A stretch of 63,969 nucleotides of DNA, filler included, from Eremomyces bilateralis CBS 781.70 (GCA_010015585.1; 7 parts of 7 records of this genome joined end to end with filler, not necessarily neighbours in it), one strand, 5' to 3'. Positions 10,409-25,271 are shown, numbered from the whole stretch's first letter. Numbers and translations: made by a program. The notes: a model not told the origin generated them from the letters alone.

Positions 10409-12253
10409 AGACAAAGACCCCTGTTTCGGGACAACCCACTTTCTGGACACCCAACAATTTAAATCTATCAACATATCGCTCGTACATTATGCACAATAGC
10501 TCAACCACAATCGATTCTATATAGTTATAATTGCAACTGAGAACAAAGCGACTCAAACTCAGTCTGTTGGAGTTCTCGAGATGTCTCCTCTGCATCGTAA
10601 ATGACTTTTTTTTGCGCAGCTTTGCGCTCCTCTTCTTTAGCAGCCTCCTGAGCGGCAACGATATGATCAACCGTCGCGAATCGTTCATTAGGATCTAGGA
10701 GGACTCTTTTTCGTTTCCTAGCACTTCCGCCTACATCTCCCAACGACTTTTCAAGCCTGGCAACTTGTGCTTTTAGCGCGGCGATCTCAGCATTCTTCTC
10801 TGAAAGCGACTTCGCAATCTTCCCCTGGAATCCCGGTAATCCCGCGCACTCAGCCCATCGTATTGCAACGAATACGCGTCTTTCGGCCATTTTAGTGTAT
10901 TAAATGTATAAAGAGTAGGTTCGGGGGTCACATGACGTTGCACAGTAGTATGATTGACGTTTAATTGTTGGCTATTTAATACTTTGTCGGGATTCAGGGG
11001 TAAAATGCCGGTTCCGCGAAATCCGGAACGGATATTGTGGCTATTAAGGGCTTCACTGCGAGACTTACTATATATACTGATAAAATTATGCTTCTTGATA
11101 GGGGCAGCATCATCTAGAGAGGCTAATTTGCTTCGTTCTTTATGATATTTGGTCTTAAGGGGGGAGACACATGAGACATCAAGTGGTTGGAGAAGATGGG
11201 AGGAATGGGCGGGCAGGTATAGTACAACGACCCGATTGACTTTGCATAGCTTCATGAACTCCACGGTAGTGTGGGAGCTATGCCCATCGCAGATCAATAG
11301 ACGGTAATCGGCCGGACTGCCTTCAGGAGTGGTTTCGGGTAAGAGCTTCTTTTCAAACCACTTCAGACCGATTTCGTTTGATGTCCAAGCTTTTTCTGAC
11401 GCAGTCCAATGCAAGTTACGTAGACTGGCAATATTAGGCGGAAACCTGGTCGATTGGAGGTTCTGGCCCTTGAAGATGACCAGTGGCGAAATAATGCGGC
11501 CTGCGGCGGAAATGCATTCGATGATGGAAACCCACTCGCGATCCTCGGGGGTTTTCACGTAGGTTTTTCTCCTCTTATTCTTCTGAATAGGGGCTAGTAC
11601 TCTTCCATTCGTACCGCAGCCCAAAGAGATTCCGTGTTCGTCAAAATTCCATATGTTGGTGGACTTGATGGAATACTGATCGACGAGGCTCCGTAACAGG
11701 TCGAACCAAGCCGAAATATCGTCTTTGGATGCAGAGGTTACTCTAGCGGCTTCGATTGATTTTCCAATCATAGAATTTATGGTTGGATTGCGTCGTAAAA
11801 AGCCGTCGAGCCAATTCTTGCCGCAAGGAGTGTTATCGCCGTTTTCACGGGCGATGCATTCGGCCATTTGACGCACTCTAGCGTGCGAAGGAGCTCTCGT
11901 ACAACAAACTTCTTCTATTATCCATTGAGTCAAGTACAGTTCCTGACTAGGAGACAATTTCTGGAGCTTCTCCGCTGCTTTTAGGTGGGATTATTGGGCG
12001 TTCTGTAGGCGGGCGTGGAGGGTGGAGGGCTTCAGGCCAAAGGCTTCTGCGGTTTTACGTATGGAATCGAATTCTTCATTTCTATACGCTTGAATAGCAC
12101 GTTGAATAGTATCTTCATCAAGACGAGGCATCTTAATGAAGATAACTAGTGTGGTTGTATTGTTTCGTCTAATTCTAGCTAATTGATATATCTAATTGTG
12201 GTGCTCAAGGACTGTCCAGAAAGTGGGTTGTCCCGAAACAGGGGTCGTTGTCT
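10409..12253 (-). mobile_element. pogo/Fot1-type DNA transposon, near full length (transposase ATG 12131, premature stop and C-terminal frameshift)
   Basis: TIRs of about 40 bp (AGACAA.GACCCCTGTTTCGGGACAACCCACTTTCTGGACA) with TA TSD. Motifs WNFDEHG, LLICDGHSSH and HLLQPLDVS. Confidence 0.93.
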
Positions 12254-12375
12254 TACCAGAACGGCCGACGTCGTCCAGTCCTACTACATGACTCGCGCAC
12301 CCAACCCCTGTCCACCACCACATCTCATCCTCAACTTCCCCAAACTTTTTACAACTCCAATTCCATCCCGTCAAC

Positions 12376-12826
12376 ATGTCTCAACCACGCCGCAGACCTC
12401 CGATCTCCTCCTCGAGGCTTCCGAAAACCCAATCTCCCCTCCCTCTTCCCGCGGGCCCCAGCCGCATCCGCCCACTCGTCTGGACCGTCGGTCTCGGTAT
12501 CATCGCCGTCGCTGGCGCATATGGAGGCGCCTTGTTCAAGCATGAGCAGGATCAGAAAAAGGTATGTTGACGTTCTGCTTCCCAATAGCCTACAATTGTT
12601 CCACCCTCCCCTCCAACGGGAGCTTCGCGAGATAGTTACGTGTCAATTGCTGACCCTATGCGAACAGGTCGTAAAAGAATTCCAGCAAGAGCCAATCGAA
12701 GACCGCATCGCGCAGCTCGAGAATATCAGGAAGCGGTTGGAGGTCGAAAAGAAGAAGTTTGAGAAGGATCTGATGAAGGCGAAGATGAAGGCGGCGAAGG
12801 AGATGGAAGGGGGAAGGGGAGGGTGA
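12376..12826 (+). CDS. Small conserved-type hypothetical protein with one TM helix and a coiled coil (2 exons, intron 12562-12667), possibly mitochondrial
   Basis: Basic N-terminus, TM segment LVWTVGLGIIAVAGAYGGALF, and a GTATGT...CTGAC...CAG intron joining in frame to a coiled-coil exon. Confidence 0.7.
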
Positions 12827-15675
12827 ATGCGGTAATGGCTTCAAGTGATCTCAACGCGGGTATCGCTCCGTGGAGTTTCCTGGGAGTACGGGAAATAGGG
12901 CACTCGGGGAGATTGTGTGCACATTCATGGATACGACTCCATGGTACCTGGAAGAGCGACAACCGCCTCGCTGGCTTCCCTCCCGACTGGAGGTGGTTCC
13001 GAATCCCTCCCCAGGGGATTTTGCCTGGATCTCGAATGGCGCTCTACTTCGCAGGCGACGAGACTCCCGTGTCCTGATATCATCTCTCAGGTTCCCATTC
13101 ATTTGGAGCCTCGTGACCGAGTCAAAAAGAATCTCCACCAGACACTCCTATTCTATATGGCGCTGGGGTCTTCTGGTTGGGGAGTGGAGCAATGACAACT
13201 CCTTGTGGCATAGTAGAGGACTGCAGATCGCGTTACTATGTAGCAGTGCAGCGAGGGGTTCTGGTTAGGCGAGGGATTCCGTGATATGGATGTGATGCGT
13301 CCAGGAAATCCGATAGCAAGGATCTTCTGAGCCGTTGCTGTGATTGGAGGTCCAGGTTCCACACATATTAGTTGACGGGGAATATGGCGCATGAGATGCA
13401 GAGCAGGGAGATTCACTGGCGGTACGGGTGGCAGCTCTTAGGTTCACCAGTTTGGTCGAACTCAAGGTCAGCAGACGATAGAGTCTGGGCGGCTTACAAT
13501 TGTGCTCTTGCCTTCTGGCGGGTTTAGTTGCATTGGTGGATTCCACACAAGGTCACTCCCACGTGAGGAAGAGCGTCGTTTCTCCTTCTTTATAGAAGTC
13601 ACTGGTGTAATAGACATGGATGGCCATAGCCGGCTGTACAGGCATTGAAGAGTTACGTGCATGAAAGTGAAAGAATGGAACCCGTGATGAGAGGTTGTAG
13701 ATGATTCGGTTTGAAGATACAGAACTTCGGCGCATTCGAGAATTCTCTAGCCTCGCCAAGTATCCGATCCCGTATTGTTTCCTTGGACGGAGAAGTGAGA
13801 ATACCAAGATCCTTCAGTATAAGGAGAGAACAATAATGAGATGGTAGTAGATGAATAGAGTCAAACATCCTTAAATGCAATACCTTCTACTATTCTCAGA
13901 CACGGGAATCGGTCAGTTCAAAATGGATACAGGAGAACCCCAACAGTATCAAGACGTACCGGCCCAGTATGGTGAAGTGTGATCGATACTAAAGCCGAAC
14001 GGGTGGACAGCATATATCTATTCTCCATTCAGAGTAAGTCATTGCAGTTCCTCTGGGAGATGTACACTGATAGGTTTCCTGATCGACATAGTATCCCCAG
14101 CAATACGAACCATCATGACCCTAATGGCGTGACAGGGACCCAAACTTGATTGAACTGGTGCAATCCGGAGAACTCCACGGGAACCATGGACGAAATGGCC
14201 GGCACGGCTAGAAAATCCAACCGGAATGCGGACGACAAGGCAAATGCGTGTATAAAACGCTTGTCAGAGGTAATAGAACGGCATGAGAAGGGTAAAGATG
14301 GCCGTCTGAGATGGTTCGCGGCACAAACCCTTTTGTACTGGGTACCTGCCTTCATCAGATATCAGATTCTATAGCTACAAGTTACCACATCGGGAAGCTC
14401 AAGGGTAGTAGAATTGACCGTATGATACACGGTGACCGTTAGACTTATGCAGTGCGCCATCAGTTTTGACAGGTAACGGTCCGTCGAATAGTGACCAGTG
14501 TGGAATACTGGACGGAAGTATCTTGTCGTTGTTTGCTATGCATGGCATGGCAGGTTTGCTCTTCCATTCTTGAGTCCCGACTCGAGAGACCATCTGTTGA
14601 CAAAGAGTCATCCACCACGATCAGCGTCAATTTCGAGCAAACTGCAGGAGGCCATTGTTCGGACTGCTCGGCCATGCATCTCATGAAGTTACACAACGTG
14701 GCGCTCGATAGGAGGAACGGAAAGGGGAGCGGTGATTGGGGGGGATGGCCAATTGGGGACATTCAGGGTTCGGCGGGAGCCAAGAAGCTTGAGCGGGAAG
14801 GACAGAGCCAATCAGAGTGGAAAGGTCCCTGTAGAGCCATTCCTAGTCGTAATATCGGGTTGAATTAATCCAAGTATAAAATATAATACACCAATAATTG
14901 TGAGATATCGTGTATTTTACCCGCCAAAACGTACAATGCGAAGATCACTGTAAGGAGCCCAGGGCTTCCACCAAAGTTCACCAAATGTCATCAAATCTCC
15001 CTAATTCTGGAGGCTGATTTTACTAACCAATCCTGATGCTAAGACTCCCTTCTGCGCCCACAGCAACCCTGAGGATTTGGAAGCGTGAGGCCCGAATGAA
15101 CCTCACCTTCGCCCTTCCAGCCTCGCTCCTCAGTCTGGCCCTCCCGCTTGGCATCACTCCGTCCAGTCGCCACTCTTCTGTGCTGTGGTGCGTCTCTGCA
15201 CCATACAATCCATACCATCGCGAATCGAGCCTGCTTAGTCGTCCCTCTTCATCACCTCTAGCCAAGCGCTCTCATCTTCTAATTCCACCCGACTATTCTA
15301 CTTACTTCTCATCTACATCACATTTCCCTATCTTGCGTACATCTTCACCTCTCTCCACCAGTCCACGCGCCATCTCCTGCATCCCATCCACTGTCCGCTC
15401 CTGAACGCCCGCTTGCCCCGTGCGCGACTGTCATTTGCCCGATCAGCAAGCTTTAGCCGCACTAATCCCATCCTGCACAGGACCTGCTGGACTGCTGGGG
15501 GCATTCAGATCCAAGCGCTTCTTCATCCTACGCGCCAACACAGCTTCGAGATTCCTCACTTTCTCCATTCACCGATCGATATTCAATCCGCAGCAATCCA
15601 CGTTCGCAGTCATCCATCACCGCAATCGCTCGCCGACTTTTGGTACGCCTTTCATAGGCGTCGGTTTAGCCCCAC

Positions 15676-17986
15676 ATGAGCCTCGAGGCTGATCCATCCG
15701 GAAGGCCGCCCGTGCCTGAGAAGACGACAACTGCCAACGACGCCAACGCGCTGAAGCCGACGCAGAGCGGTACTGCAGGTGAGTCTCGATCGCATCCATT
15801 CGACCCCCAGGGAGGGAGTTTTGATTTATGCGGCTTGGACATGTCGTGTGGAGCTCGCGCGTCATTTAATTCCCGGGTCTCGGCCTCGGACAATACGACT
15901 GACATCGCATCTGTAGGGCGAAGCAATTCCTCGAGTTCGCTGCAACCGAATCAGACCAATACCCGATCGTCATCGCGAGGGACACGATCCACCGAATCGC
16001 TGAGGAAGGACCGTCGATCCGGTTCGGCATCGGGACGAAGCTCGCGAAGCGGTGTCGACGCCGAAGGTCGGCCTCGGAAGAAGCGCTCGCTCCTCAATAT
16101 TCCCCGACCAGGTTCAAAGTCGCAGTCGTCCAAATCCGAAGACCCGTCGCCAGCGGGGACAGGGCTCAGCGGCGTGACCGCGACCAGCGAACTGGACGAG
16201 AGTCCAAGCAAGCGCCGCACCCCTAGCAAAGCGAGTAGTCACCGCGTATCGAAAAAGCAGGCGACCAGCGACGACCCCAGTATGCCGGACTCAGCTGCAG
16301 GAGAGAAAGGAGAGGTATCCGCACCGAACGACTCTCCCACGACGCTCGTCGATGGTCGTCGGCCGAAGAAAGGCGTGTCGAAGCTCTTCTCGTTTCTCTC
16401 ATGCTGCCACGCCCCATCCGACGCAACACTCGTGGACGATGGCGACGAAGCCGTCAAGAAAGCCCCGGCGACCGCGACAGGCAAGCTGCGGAACCACGGC
16501 GGCACCGCCGCGCAACCGCAGCTCCCTGCCGTACAGAAAACCGCAGATGTAAGCGCCACCGCCGAGTCTAGCACAGCTGATTCCAAGGATCGCATGATTG
16601 ATGAGAAGGCCGACGACGCGCAGTCCCCCGGCGTTCATCGACGTCCCGACACCGACGGTGCGGGCGACGATGGCCGCTCTCCGCGCGTCGCCGACCCTGA
16701 GAAAGCGCACGCTGAGCATCTCGCACAGGCTTCCCCCGTCCCCCCTCTCGCGCGCGTGCCGTCTGCCGGCAAGAAATCCAGCGGCGCCCCGCCGGANNNN
16801 NNNNNNNNNNNNNNNNNNNNNNNNNNNNNNNNNNNNCAACCCGAACTCGCTCACCACCCCGCACCTCACCGTGCAGGCGCCCACACCCGTCGTCGCGCAA
16901 ACCACCGCCGATGAAGACCAGCTAATCGCGGACCGCACGCCCGCACAGCAAGCGCTCGACACGGACATCGAGATGACGGACGGCGGGCCGTCGGTGCCGA
17001 TCTCACCTAACGACGTGGCGCGCGAAGGCGACGCGGTGCAGACGGAGAGCGTGATCACGCAAGCGCACCAATCGCACCACGACGGCACGAAGGTGGACTT
17101 GCCGCCGCCGCCGCCGTTGGAGCAGCGGCAGAAGATGCAGCATGCGGCGGGGGGAGTCGATGGGGAGGGGAGGGAGGAGGGGCAGAAGTATTTGTTGGGG
17201 CCGGTGAGGCCGGAGTTGAAGGGGAGGAAGTGCCTGGTGTTGGATTTGGATGAGACATTGGTGCATAGTAGTTTTAAGGTGAGTTTTGAGCGTAGAAACG
17301 GAGGGCGAACGATTGAAGTGGACGCTATGATGGAGATGAGGATTTATGACGGACGTTATGATCTGGAAACTTACCGTTATCGCAGATGCTTCACCAAGCC
17401 GATTTCACGATCCCCGTTGAGATCGAAGGCCAATATCACAACGTATACGTGATCAAGCGGCCCGGCGTTGATCAGTTCATGAAGCGTGTGGGCGAATTAT
17501 ATGAGGTGGTAGTGTTTACGGCATCGGTTTCCAAGGTTCGTTTACTATCAACGATAACACGCAGAAGAAACGGTGAATCTAACTGCTCACAGTACGGCGA
17601 CCCACTCTTGGACCAACTCGACATCCACAACGTCGTCCACCACCGTCTATTCCGCGAAAGCTGCTACAACCACCAGGGCAACTACGTCAAGGTACGTTTC
17701 CCGCCTCTCCTCCCAGCATCTTCCACCATCCCCTTCCCATCATCACCTCTCCGCTCTTACTAACCCCATCCAGGACCTCTCTCAAGTCGGCCGCGACCTC
17801 AAAGAAACCATCATCATCGACAACTCGCCCACCTCGTACATATTCCACCCGAAACATGCCGTTCCGATCAGCAGTTGGTTCTCCGACGCACACGACAACG
17901 AGCTTCTGGACCTGATCCCCGTGCTGGAGGACTTGGCGGGGCCGCGGGTCGCGGATGTGAGCTTGGTGCTGGACGTGTCGCTGTGA
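15676..17986 (+). CDS. PSR1: FCP1/SCP-family (NIF domain) phosphatase, Psr1/Psr2-like (multi-exon; spans a 40-N gap)
   Basis: [51 protein letters not shown]-terminal FLSCC palmitoylation-like motif. Confidence 0.92.
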
Positions 17987-19792
17987 CAGACGCACGCGCT
18001 CACATAACCACGATCCGAGACGGTCGAGTTCTATATCTTCCCAAGTTTCTGGCGGATGCGCAACGAGCGAGCGAGCGCGCGCTTCATCAACATGGCATGG
18101 CGAGGCGTTAGGCGTACAGTCCCTTATCTTATATCTATCTATCCACCCATTCCCCGTTTCACCAATTCATTCCCGCGAGCCATTCGAGATGGCGCGCCAC
18201 GAACCCAATCCACCACCACATCCGACTGGCGTTCCCGCTCTTCTATTACTATCTTAATACCCCTCCCAGTCACCGTCACCGAACACACCAAACCCGCACC
18301 CGAACCACGTTAAACCCCATCATTTCCTTTGTTATTAGTCTATCTCCCGTCCAACCAGCACACACAGGCTCTTCCACCCCCTGAATACATCCATCGCATC
18401 TAGGATTGCTTCTTTTCTTTCCTGCATTGTGAGGTAGGGCAACGGAATCATCACGGCGTCGAATCGCGATTATTTTTGTTTTTCGCGAAGTCTGCACGTC
18501 TTGTACCATCGTGCTGAATGGATCGGCTGGATGAAATGGAAGAACACACCACATCCCACCACACGACACCTCATCCAATGTTTCGGGTTTTCCTTGAGTA
18601 TATATACAAATCCCTCGCGATCTGGCTTGTGTGCATGCATCTTTTCCTTCCGCGTCCCACGGAGACATTGCAATCACGCTGGCAGAGCCGGTTCCTGTGC
18701 AGCGAGCGTGCATCTTCCATGCGATTGAGCGAACGTTGAGCGAGAGCGATGCCTTAGCCGTACCCTTCCCGTCCCTTCCCTTCCCTCCCCTCCCCCGTTT
18801 CTCCGAATTCTTGTGCTGCGACAAAAGTACCGGCAGCATTTGACCAGCAAGCGAGCGATCGAGCGAACGAGAGACGTGGACAGGTGTTCGTGCATCGACC
18901 TTCGACCGCAGCCAGCGACCTTTTCAAGATTTCTTCTCCACTCGATTTGAGCCGCGATTCGCTTCTGTGTAAACCTTTTACGGTCCCCGACATCCCCATC
19001 CGTTCGCCGCACTTGCCGGGTTCCATTATCATTCCCGTCAACAGAGCCTCGATGTTGGCTACCTTTGCGATTTAGGGGAGGCGAGATATCTGGATATGGA
19101 GCGTTAGAGGAGCTGGAAAAGAGGGTGGTCAGAGGGTGGTTATTGATGGATCGTGCATATGCATCGGAAGGAGATAGACGAGTGTTTCGAGGGGGAGTGA
19201 GGAGACTACTGTATGGGGTCGTTATTGCTGGGGTTTTTCGTTCTTGTCAAAAAGATAGGCGATAGTAATTGTATTGGTTTTTTGTGTGATGTTGATTCTG
19301 AAGTGCTGTGACCGTGATCGAGTAGATGGACTTGTATCTAAGGCTCGCTCCATCAGTGTTTAGGGGCTTCTGGGTTCTTGATACAGCAGCACTAAGATTT
19401 TTGTCATCACCGTTCTCATGACATATTCCGTGAATGTTAATACAAACACGTGTAAGACGCGGTTTGGTAAGCAATATGGCGGCCGCTCGCTCTATCAGGC
19501 CCAGTGCAGGTGAACGAGGGGCAGAGATGACCAGTGGGCTGTGAGACACCCAGAACCAGCGTTGAAGCTTTCTGATAGTGCCACCATCATCCCCGTCTCG
19601 CATGCATGCCCTCTTTTGTCAAGAAATTCATCGACATCACTTAGCCCTAGTCTTGTGATCTGTAAGCTACAATTTTAAGCTTTCTGCCGCCTTGAAACCG
19701 TCACGAGTCGAAGATATCCTGTCCCGGACCTCCGCTTCGAGCTCCATTTCGGTCGTACACACTGCTGCCTCAGCTGTGACGCTCAGCTCCAG

Positions 19793-21097
19793 ATGGCTCG
19801 CGATCCATCCCCGGCAGATGATGCAGGCAAGGCGCCTACAAATGGGCAGGCGGAGGAGAAGTTGCCGCAAACGCCAAAGAAGATAGAGGTGGAGAGCACC
19901 GAAGCGATCGCAACGAAGCCCTCGCCTTCTCTAAGAAGCAGCAGTGGCTGGGACGGAAAGCTACGACATCCTAGCAAGATGGAGCAAGAGGAGGAAGAAA
20001 ATGGCGAAGCTACGGATGAGGAGGACGATGAAGAGGAAGAGGAGGAGCCGCTGCGACAAACTCGCAGAGGGGAAACCCAGGTCGTCGAAGGGGAGGGCAT
20101 CGATCCGGACGAAGACCTGCTTGATGGTTACGAGCCGGACACCACGGAAATCGACCTCGTCCACTGCAGGATCACATCGATTCCCGCATTACGGTTGGAG
20201 CGGTTCCCCAAGACCGAGAGACTATGTCTCCGACAGAACCAGATCTCGACCATCGAGTTCCCGCCCGAGCTCGCCACCTCCGTCCAAGAGCTCGACCTGT
20301 ACGACAACTTAATCTCGCACATCAAAGGCCTCGACGACTTCACCGCCCTCACCTCCCTCGACCTCTCCTTCAACAAAATCAAGCACATCAAGCGCCTCTC
20401 CCACCTCTCCCGCCTCACCGACCTCTATTTCGTCCAAAACAGGATCTCCACCATCGAAAACCTCCACCACCCCCACCTCAAAAACCTCGAACTCGGCGCC
20501 AACCGCATCCGCACCATCGAAAACCTCGATAACCTTCCTTCCCTCGAACAACTCTGGCTCGGTAAAAACAAAATCGATCGCCTCCAAAACCTCGACCGCC
20601 TCCCCTCCCTCTCCCTCCTCTCCATCCAATCCAACCGCCTCACCTCCCTCTCCGGCCTCTCCCTCCCTTCCCTCACCGAGCTTTATATCTCTCACAATGC
20701 CATCACCGATCTCGCCCCTCTGGCCTCTCTTCCCAACCTCCGCGTGCTAGACATCTCGAACAATCCCGTCGCGTCGCTGGCAGGCGTGGCGCCGTTGACG
20801 AAGCTCGAGGAGCTGTGGGCGAGTTACTGTGCTCTGGAGGACTTCGAGGAGGTGGCAAGGGAGTGTAAGGAGATGAAGGAGTTGGAGACGGTGTATTTCG
20901 AGGGGAACCCGTTGCAGAAGCGGCAGCCGGTGTTGTATCGGGGGAAAGTCCGTTTGGCGATTCCGTGGGTGAAACAGATTGATGCGAGTAAGTGCTAAGT
21001 TTCCCCTATTTTGTTCGCATCTGCAGCTTTTGTTTAGTGCGCCTGCGAGCTGTGAACAGGACTAACGATGAACTTTGCAGCGTTTGTTAAAGTTTAA
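19793..21097 (+). CDS. SDS22: Protein phosphatase 1 regulatory subunit Sds22 (leucine-rich repeats)
   Basis: SDS22-type LRRs (LCLRQNQI, LDLYDNLI, LELGANRI, LWLGKNKI), LRR cap YFEGNPLQ...QIDA, and a short last exon TFVKV after an intron. Confidence 0.95.
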
Positions 21098-21524
21098 CAT
21101 CTGATGCATTGCATGTAGATGGGCATGCTCTCGCGAGCAGCAGTGGTGGACATGACATGGAGGATTTCGGTTACATACTTCAGGATGTATCAGGTTTCAT
21201 GGCAGTGGCGTTTGGGGACATTTCTCACTTCAGTCCTCTTGTTCGATGATGACAGACACGAGACTCGCTCAAGCACGAGGCAAATTGGCGTGCACCAGGG
21301 TTGAAACAGGCATGACATTGTACGCTCACGATCCGATACGATCGCTCACTCTCGGCCACGAAACATAAATGAAAACATGGGTTTTCTGATCCGCGTATCC
21401 AGCGCTCCTACAGACTCCATGCAACACCAAACGGAACACCCCAGCTGGCTAATCGTCACTCCCAAAATCCTCCCCTCCCCTCCGTCCTTCTCCCAACCCC
21501 GTGAAATCATCTCCGCTCCCCCCT

Positions 21525-23706
21525 CTACCCCCTCGCCTCCTCCAACTCCATCTCCAACCGCCTCACCTTCTCCGCCAACTCTTGCTCCCGCTCACTTCCC
21601 CCTGCGCCCCCCTGCCCTATCTTCAGCTCCAAGCCCTCCACCTTCCCGTTCAGCGCCGTGATCTGCTTTGACTGCGCCTCGATCAGCGACTTGATGTCCG
21701 CCAGGTGCGTCCGCAGCACCTCGCCCGGTCCGCCCGCTCCTGTTGGAGCCGCAGTACTGGACGGCGCCGCGGTCGGCGTCGGCGTCGGCGCTGGCTTCTC
21801 GACGACAGTCGGCTGCGCGGGCTGTGCGGGCGCCGCTTGGGGAGTCGGCTTCGCGGGCTCCGTGCGCGCCGCCACCGCCGCCGATCGGTCGATGGGTTTC
21901 TGCACCTCCTCGAACTCCTCCTCGCTCTCCTCTTCGTCGCTCTCGTTGTCGTTGTCGGCGAACTTGGATGCCATGCTCGCGATGGACGCCTGGTTATCCT
22001 TCATGGATGGCGGCGGGCCGGCAGCGGCGACGGGCTTGGGCTTCTCCTCCTCGACGGGCTTCGGCGGCTCGACCTTGGCGGGTGGCGGGGTGGCCGGCTT
22101 TGCGGCGGCGGGCTTGTAGTCGGCGGGGATCTCCTTGGGCGCCTCGCCCTCGTAGACACTCTCCAGGGAGATCATGGGCGGGAGGCCTTCGTTACCGGCG
22201 AACCAGTCGGCGGCGGACATGGCGGGTTTGAGGCCGACGCATGGGGGGTAGATGTCGTCCTGGAAGACTTCGGCGCGGCGGGGCACGATGAAGGAGACGG
22301 GCTCGATGTGGGAGTCGTTGACGGTCTTGTAGGCGCGCATGACTTCGTTTTCGTGGACCTGTGGGTGGTGAGCTGGGAAGGGGGAAGAGGATGAGGGGAG
22401 ACTCACGTTCACGCCGCGCTTGGGGACGAAGGCGATGCCACGTTGTGGATCGCTGGATTTGTATTCGGATAGATATTCGAACTTGTCGTTTTCGTACTCA
22501 TAGTAGCGGATGTTGCCATCGCTGCAGTTGATTAGCACGTGGATAAAATCATTCCACAACCGAAACTTACCCCTTCCCGGCCAAGTATAGGCAGTTCGTC
22601 CCGTCGTCCCAGAACGGCATGCAGATACTAGAGATGGAGTCCAGGATCTGAAACCCACCGATGGGCTCCGTCGGCGCTCGCGCATCCCACAATCCAAGCT
22701 GCCGATCACTCATCCGCGAGAATCCCGTCGTCGCTATCCGGTCCAGCTCGCCCATCCAAACCGCCCTGCTGTTCTTCGCGCCGCTATGGCCCGCCACCTC
22801 ATGCGCCGGCTTCTCCTGTCGAACGTCCCAGATCCGCAGCTTCTTGTCGCGACTGGTCGTCACCAGCAGGGAGCCGCTAGGATTCCACGACATGGATTGG
22901 ACAATGTCGCCATGTTTGAGTTGTAGTTTCGAGGTTCCAGCTTCGATGTCCCAGAGCTTCACGGAGAAGTCGCCGGAAGAGCTGGCGAGCACGTTGGCGG
23001 CGGAGGGGTTGAATAGGACGTGGCCGACTTTGCGCGCGTGGCCGCTCAGTCGCGCAACGGGGCTGACGTCTGCCGGCTCTTCTGCATCGGTTAACAGGGT
23101 GAAGTCCTCTGGGACTTGCCAGATGAACACCTATTCCGGGTAAGTTGTTGTTATTCGCAGAGGCTCTGTCGTCATACCTTCCCATCATCGGCACCAGATG
23201 CGATCAAGGAGTCATTGAACGGGTTCCTATAGACCTTATCAGCATTCGATCCTCCTTGCCCACATCCGCCGCATTCCATACCAGTCCGTGTCTAGCACCG
23301 CTGCCGTATGGCCTCGAAAGAGCGGTAGCTGCTCTGGTAGCCGTCCCCGCTCGTTCACCGGGATGACCGCAAAAGCTCCGCCTCCACTCGCTTCCCAGTT
23401 GACAGCGAGGTATTCCGGGTTCGCCTGACTCCATTAGCGATCTCCCACGAAGTCCAGGAAGGCGTCGCACCTTGATGATGTTGGAGTCCCATGCGTTCCT
23501 CGAGATACGGAGGTTGTCATAGCATTGTTCCTGTCTCTTGTTACTTTCCATCTCTAGTGGACTCTTCAGCCAAGCAACGTACCTTCTTAGTAGAGCGTCC
23601 AAAGACGTGTCCTGTAACAGGAGCGCTGATTAGCAGTGATCTGACGGCGTAAGCGGTGGTGGTTGGACCTACGATACTTCGACGCTCGAACGAATCGGGG
23701 GGCCAT
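21525..23706 (-). CDS. CRN1: Coronin (WD40 actin-binding protein, multi-exon)
   Basis: MAPRFVRASKYRHVFG, CYDNLRISRNAWD, GHARKVGHVLFNP, YLAGKGDGNIRYYE, FIVPRRAEVFQDDIYP, C-terminal coiled coil. Confidence 0.96.
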
Positions 23707-25271
23707 TAGTCTCAGATGTTTTCGCCGAAGCAGCTCAGGACAAGATTGGTATTGCTTTCTCCAAGAATGAGTAGGTGATCAGGGTGTTTGTAGCAATAAC
23801 AATAAGCTCGTGGTGAGAGCTTCCCCTTGAATCTTTAGCGGTCGCATCTGATACAGTGGTGGATTCGTCGGTGGGAATGGGACCCTGTTATTGCCTAGTC
23901 GCCTTGTGACCTTGTCGCCTTGTCCCCATTTTCCCTCACCCCCCTTCCCCTTTACAGTGACGAACCACACACAGCTTACTCCTACATCATACAGCCTATT
24001 ACCCGTTCACACAACGATAAAGGTTATTCAAGGAACTTATAATGATGAGTTCGGGATTAACCAAACATGCATAACGGTTATACTATATCACCCTAATAGA
24101 TATGTATGTCAGTTCTACCTTTCCCTAGATCTTAGCGGAGGAAGACCTTCACCAAATACCAACAGGACGCCTAGATGCTTCGTTCGGTCTCCCCAATATC
24201 TCAAGCGGGAAGGCTGATATCGCCGTAGATCATTCGGAAATCAAGCATTCGGTAGTCTGAGCCGGTTCGTAGTTCGGCAGAAATCAGACTGCGCCATCAG
24301 CAGAAGCCTATGACCAAGAAAGGCCCAAAGTTCCTTTTAACGGGTATATCAATTTGTTCGTCCGACCATATCATGCTAATGGTGTTCGCATCACCATCCA
24401 AGAATTATTACGGGCTTCCAACCACTCATATATGGTTTCTATTTGTCTTGAATTGAACATCGCCGGGAGATATCCTTGGTTCCGATCTGGAACAGCCTAC
24501 GAGAGAATACCACGTCTTGTAGTGCCCATCCACGGCGGTGTAGAGGTTACTCCACATCTTGAGTACTGGATTCGTGTGGTCCAACATAGAATAATCTTTG
24601 ATCATTACCCTGCAAGAACAATATGGCCCGGACCACTGACCTGACTGACGGGACTCAGGCGGCCTTTGTGGCCTTGTTGCATGTGAGCGAGTTCAGATCT
24701 TCCAATTTACGACCATCAAGATACGAAAAGATTTGAATTCCATATAGAAGTCATGCAATGAGAACCCGTCGTGCCCGTCGAATGCCTGCTACAATAGCTT
24801 TCCGCTCCAAGGACCCCCGTCCCCTGTTTCTGGACTTGGATAAGTTCCTGCTCACGAGCCTCGGCCCAGGCCGCACAGAGAATATCATGGACTATCTTGG
24901 GGGAGACGGGCACGTCTAGGGGTCAGGCGGGTCGGACCGGCGAGAATCCTCCCGATTATATAGCCAATGATGTCAAGGGAACAGGATAAGGAAAGGCGAC
25001 TTTGTGCTCGCGATGGCTGAGGGACTTCTAAACGTTTTCAACGATAATAATTTTGGATGGCGATTATTCGGACATATGAGGATGGCGATATAAAGCCAAC
25101 GGCTCGACAGTAGTATACGATAAGGATATGAATTCAACATGGTGCACCACCGGCTGTGATGAGCTTGGCAACCATCCGGCATATAAAATGCGTGTATCAA
25201 CTTCATCTCTCATCAACCAACGCCGAACAAAATGATTCGACTGTAACCCAACCAGACCCATTCAACGCCAC

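Noticed and set aside
1..12253. Starship giant transposon explanation for the accessory block
   Set aside because: No DUF3435 captain or element boundary is visible. The cargo-like content is only suggestive.
12830..14900. Many short overlapping ORFs between the small TM gene and PSR1
   Set aside because: No recognisable motif or consistent exon chain. Possibly a decayed gene, but I cannot support a call.
16797..16836. Apparent frameshift in PSR1
   Set aside because: It coincides with a 40-N gap of uncertain true length.
20224..22394. Long antisense or alternative-frame ORFs over SDS22 and coronin
   Set aside because: Shadow ORFs caused by high GC3 codon bias.
23900..25250. Short ORFs between coronin and ATG3
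   Set aside because: No domain signature that I can recognise.
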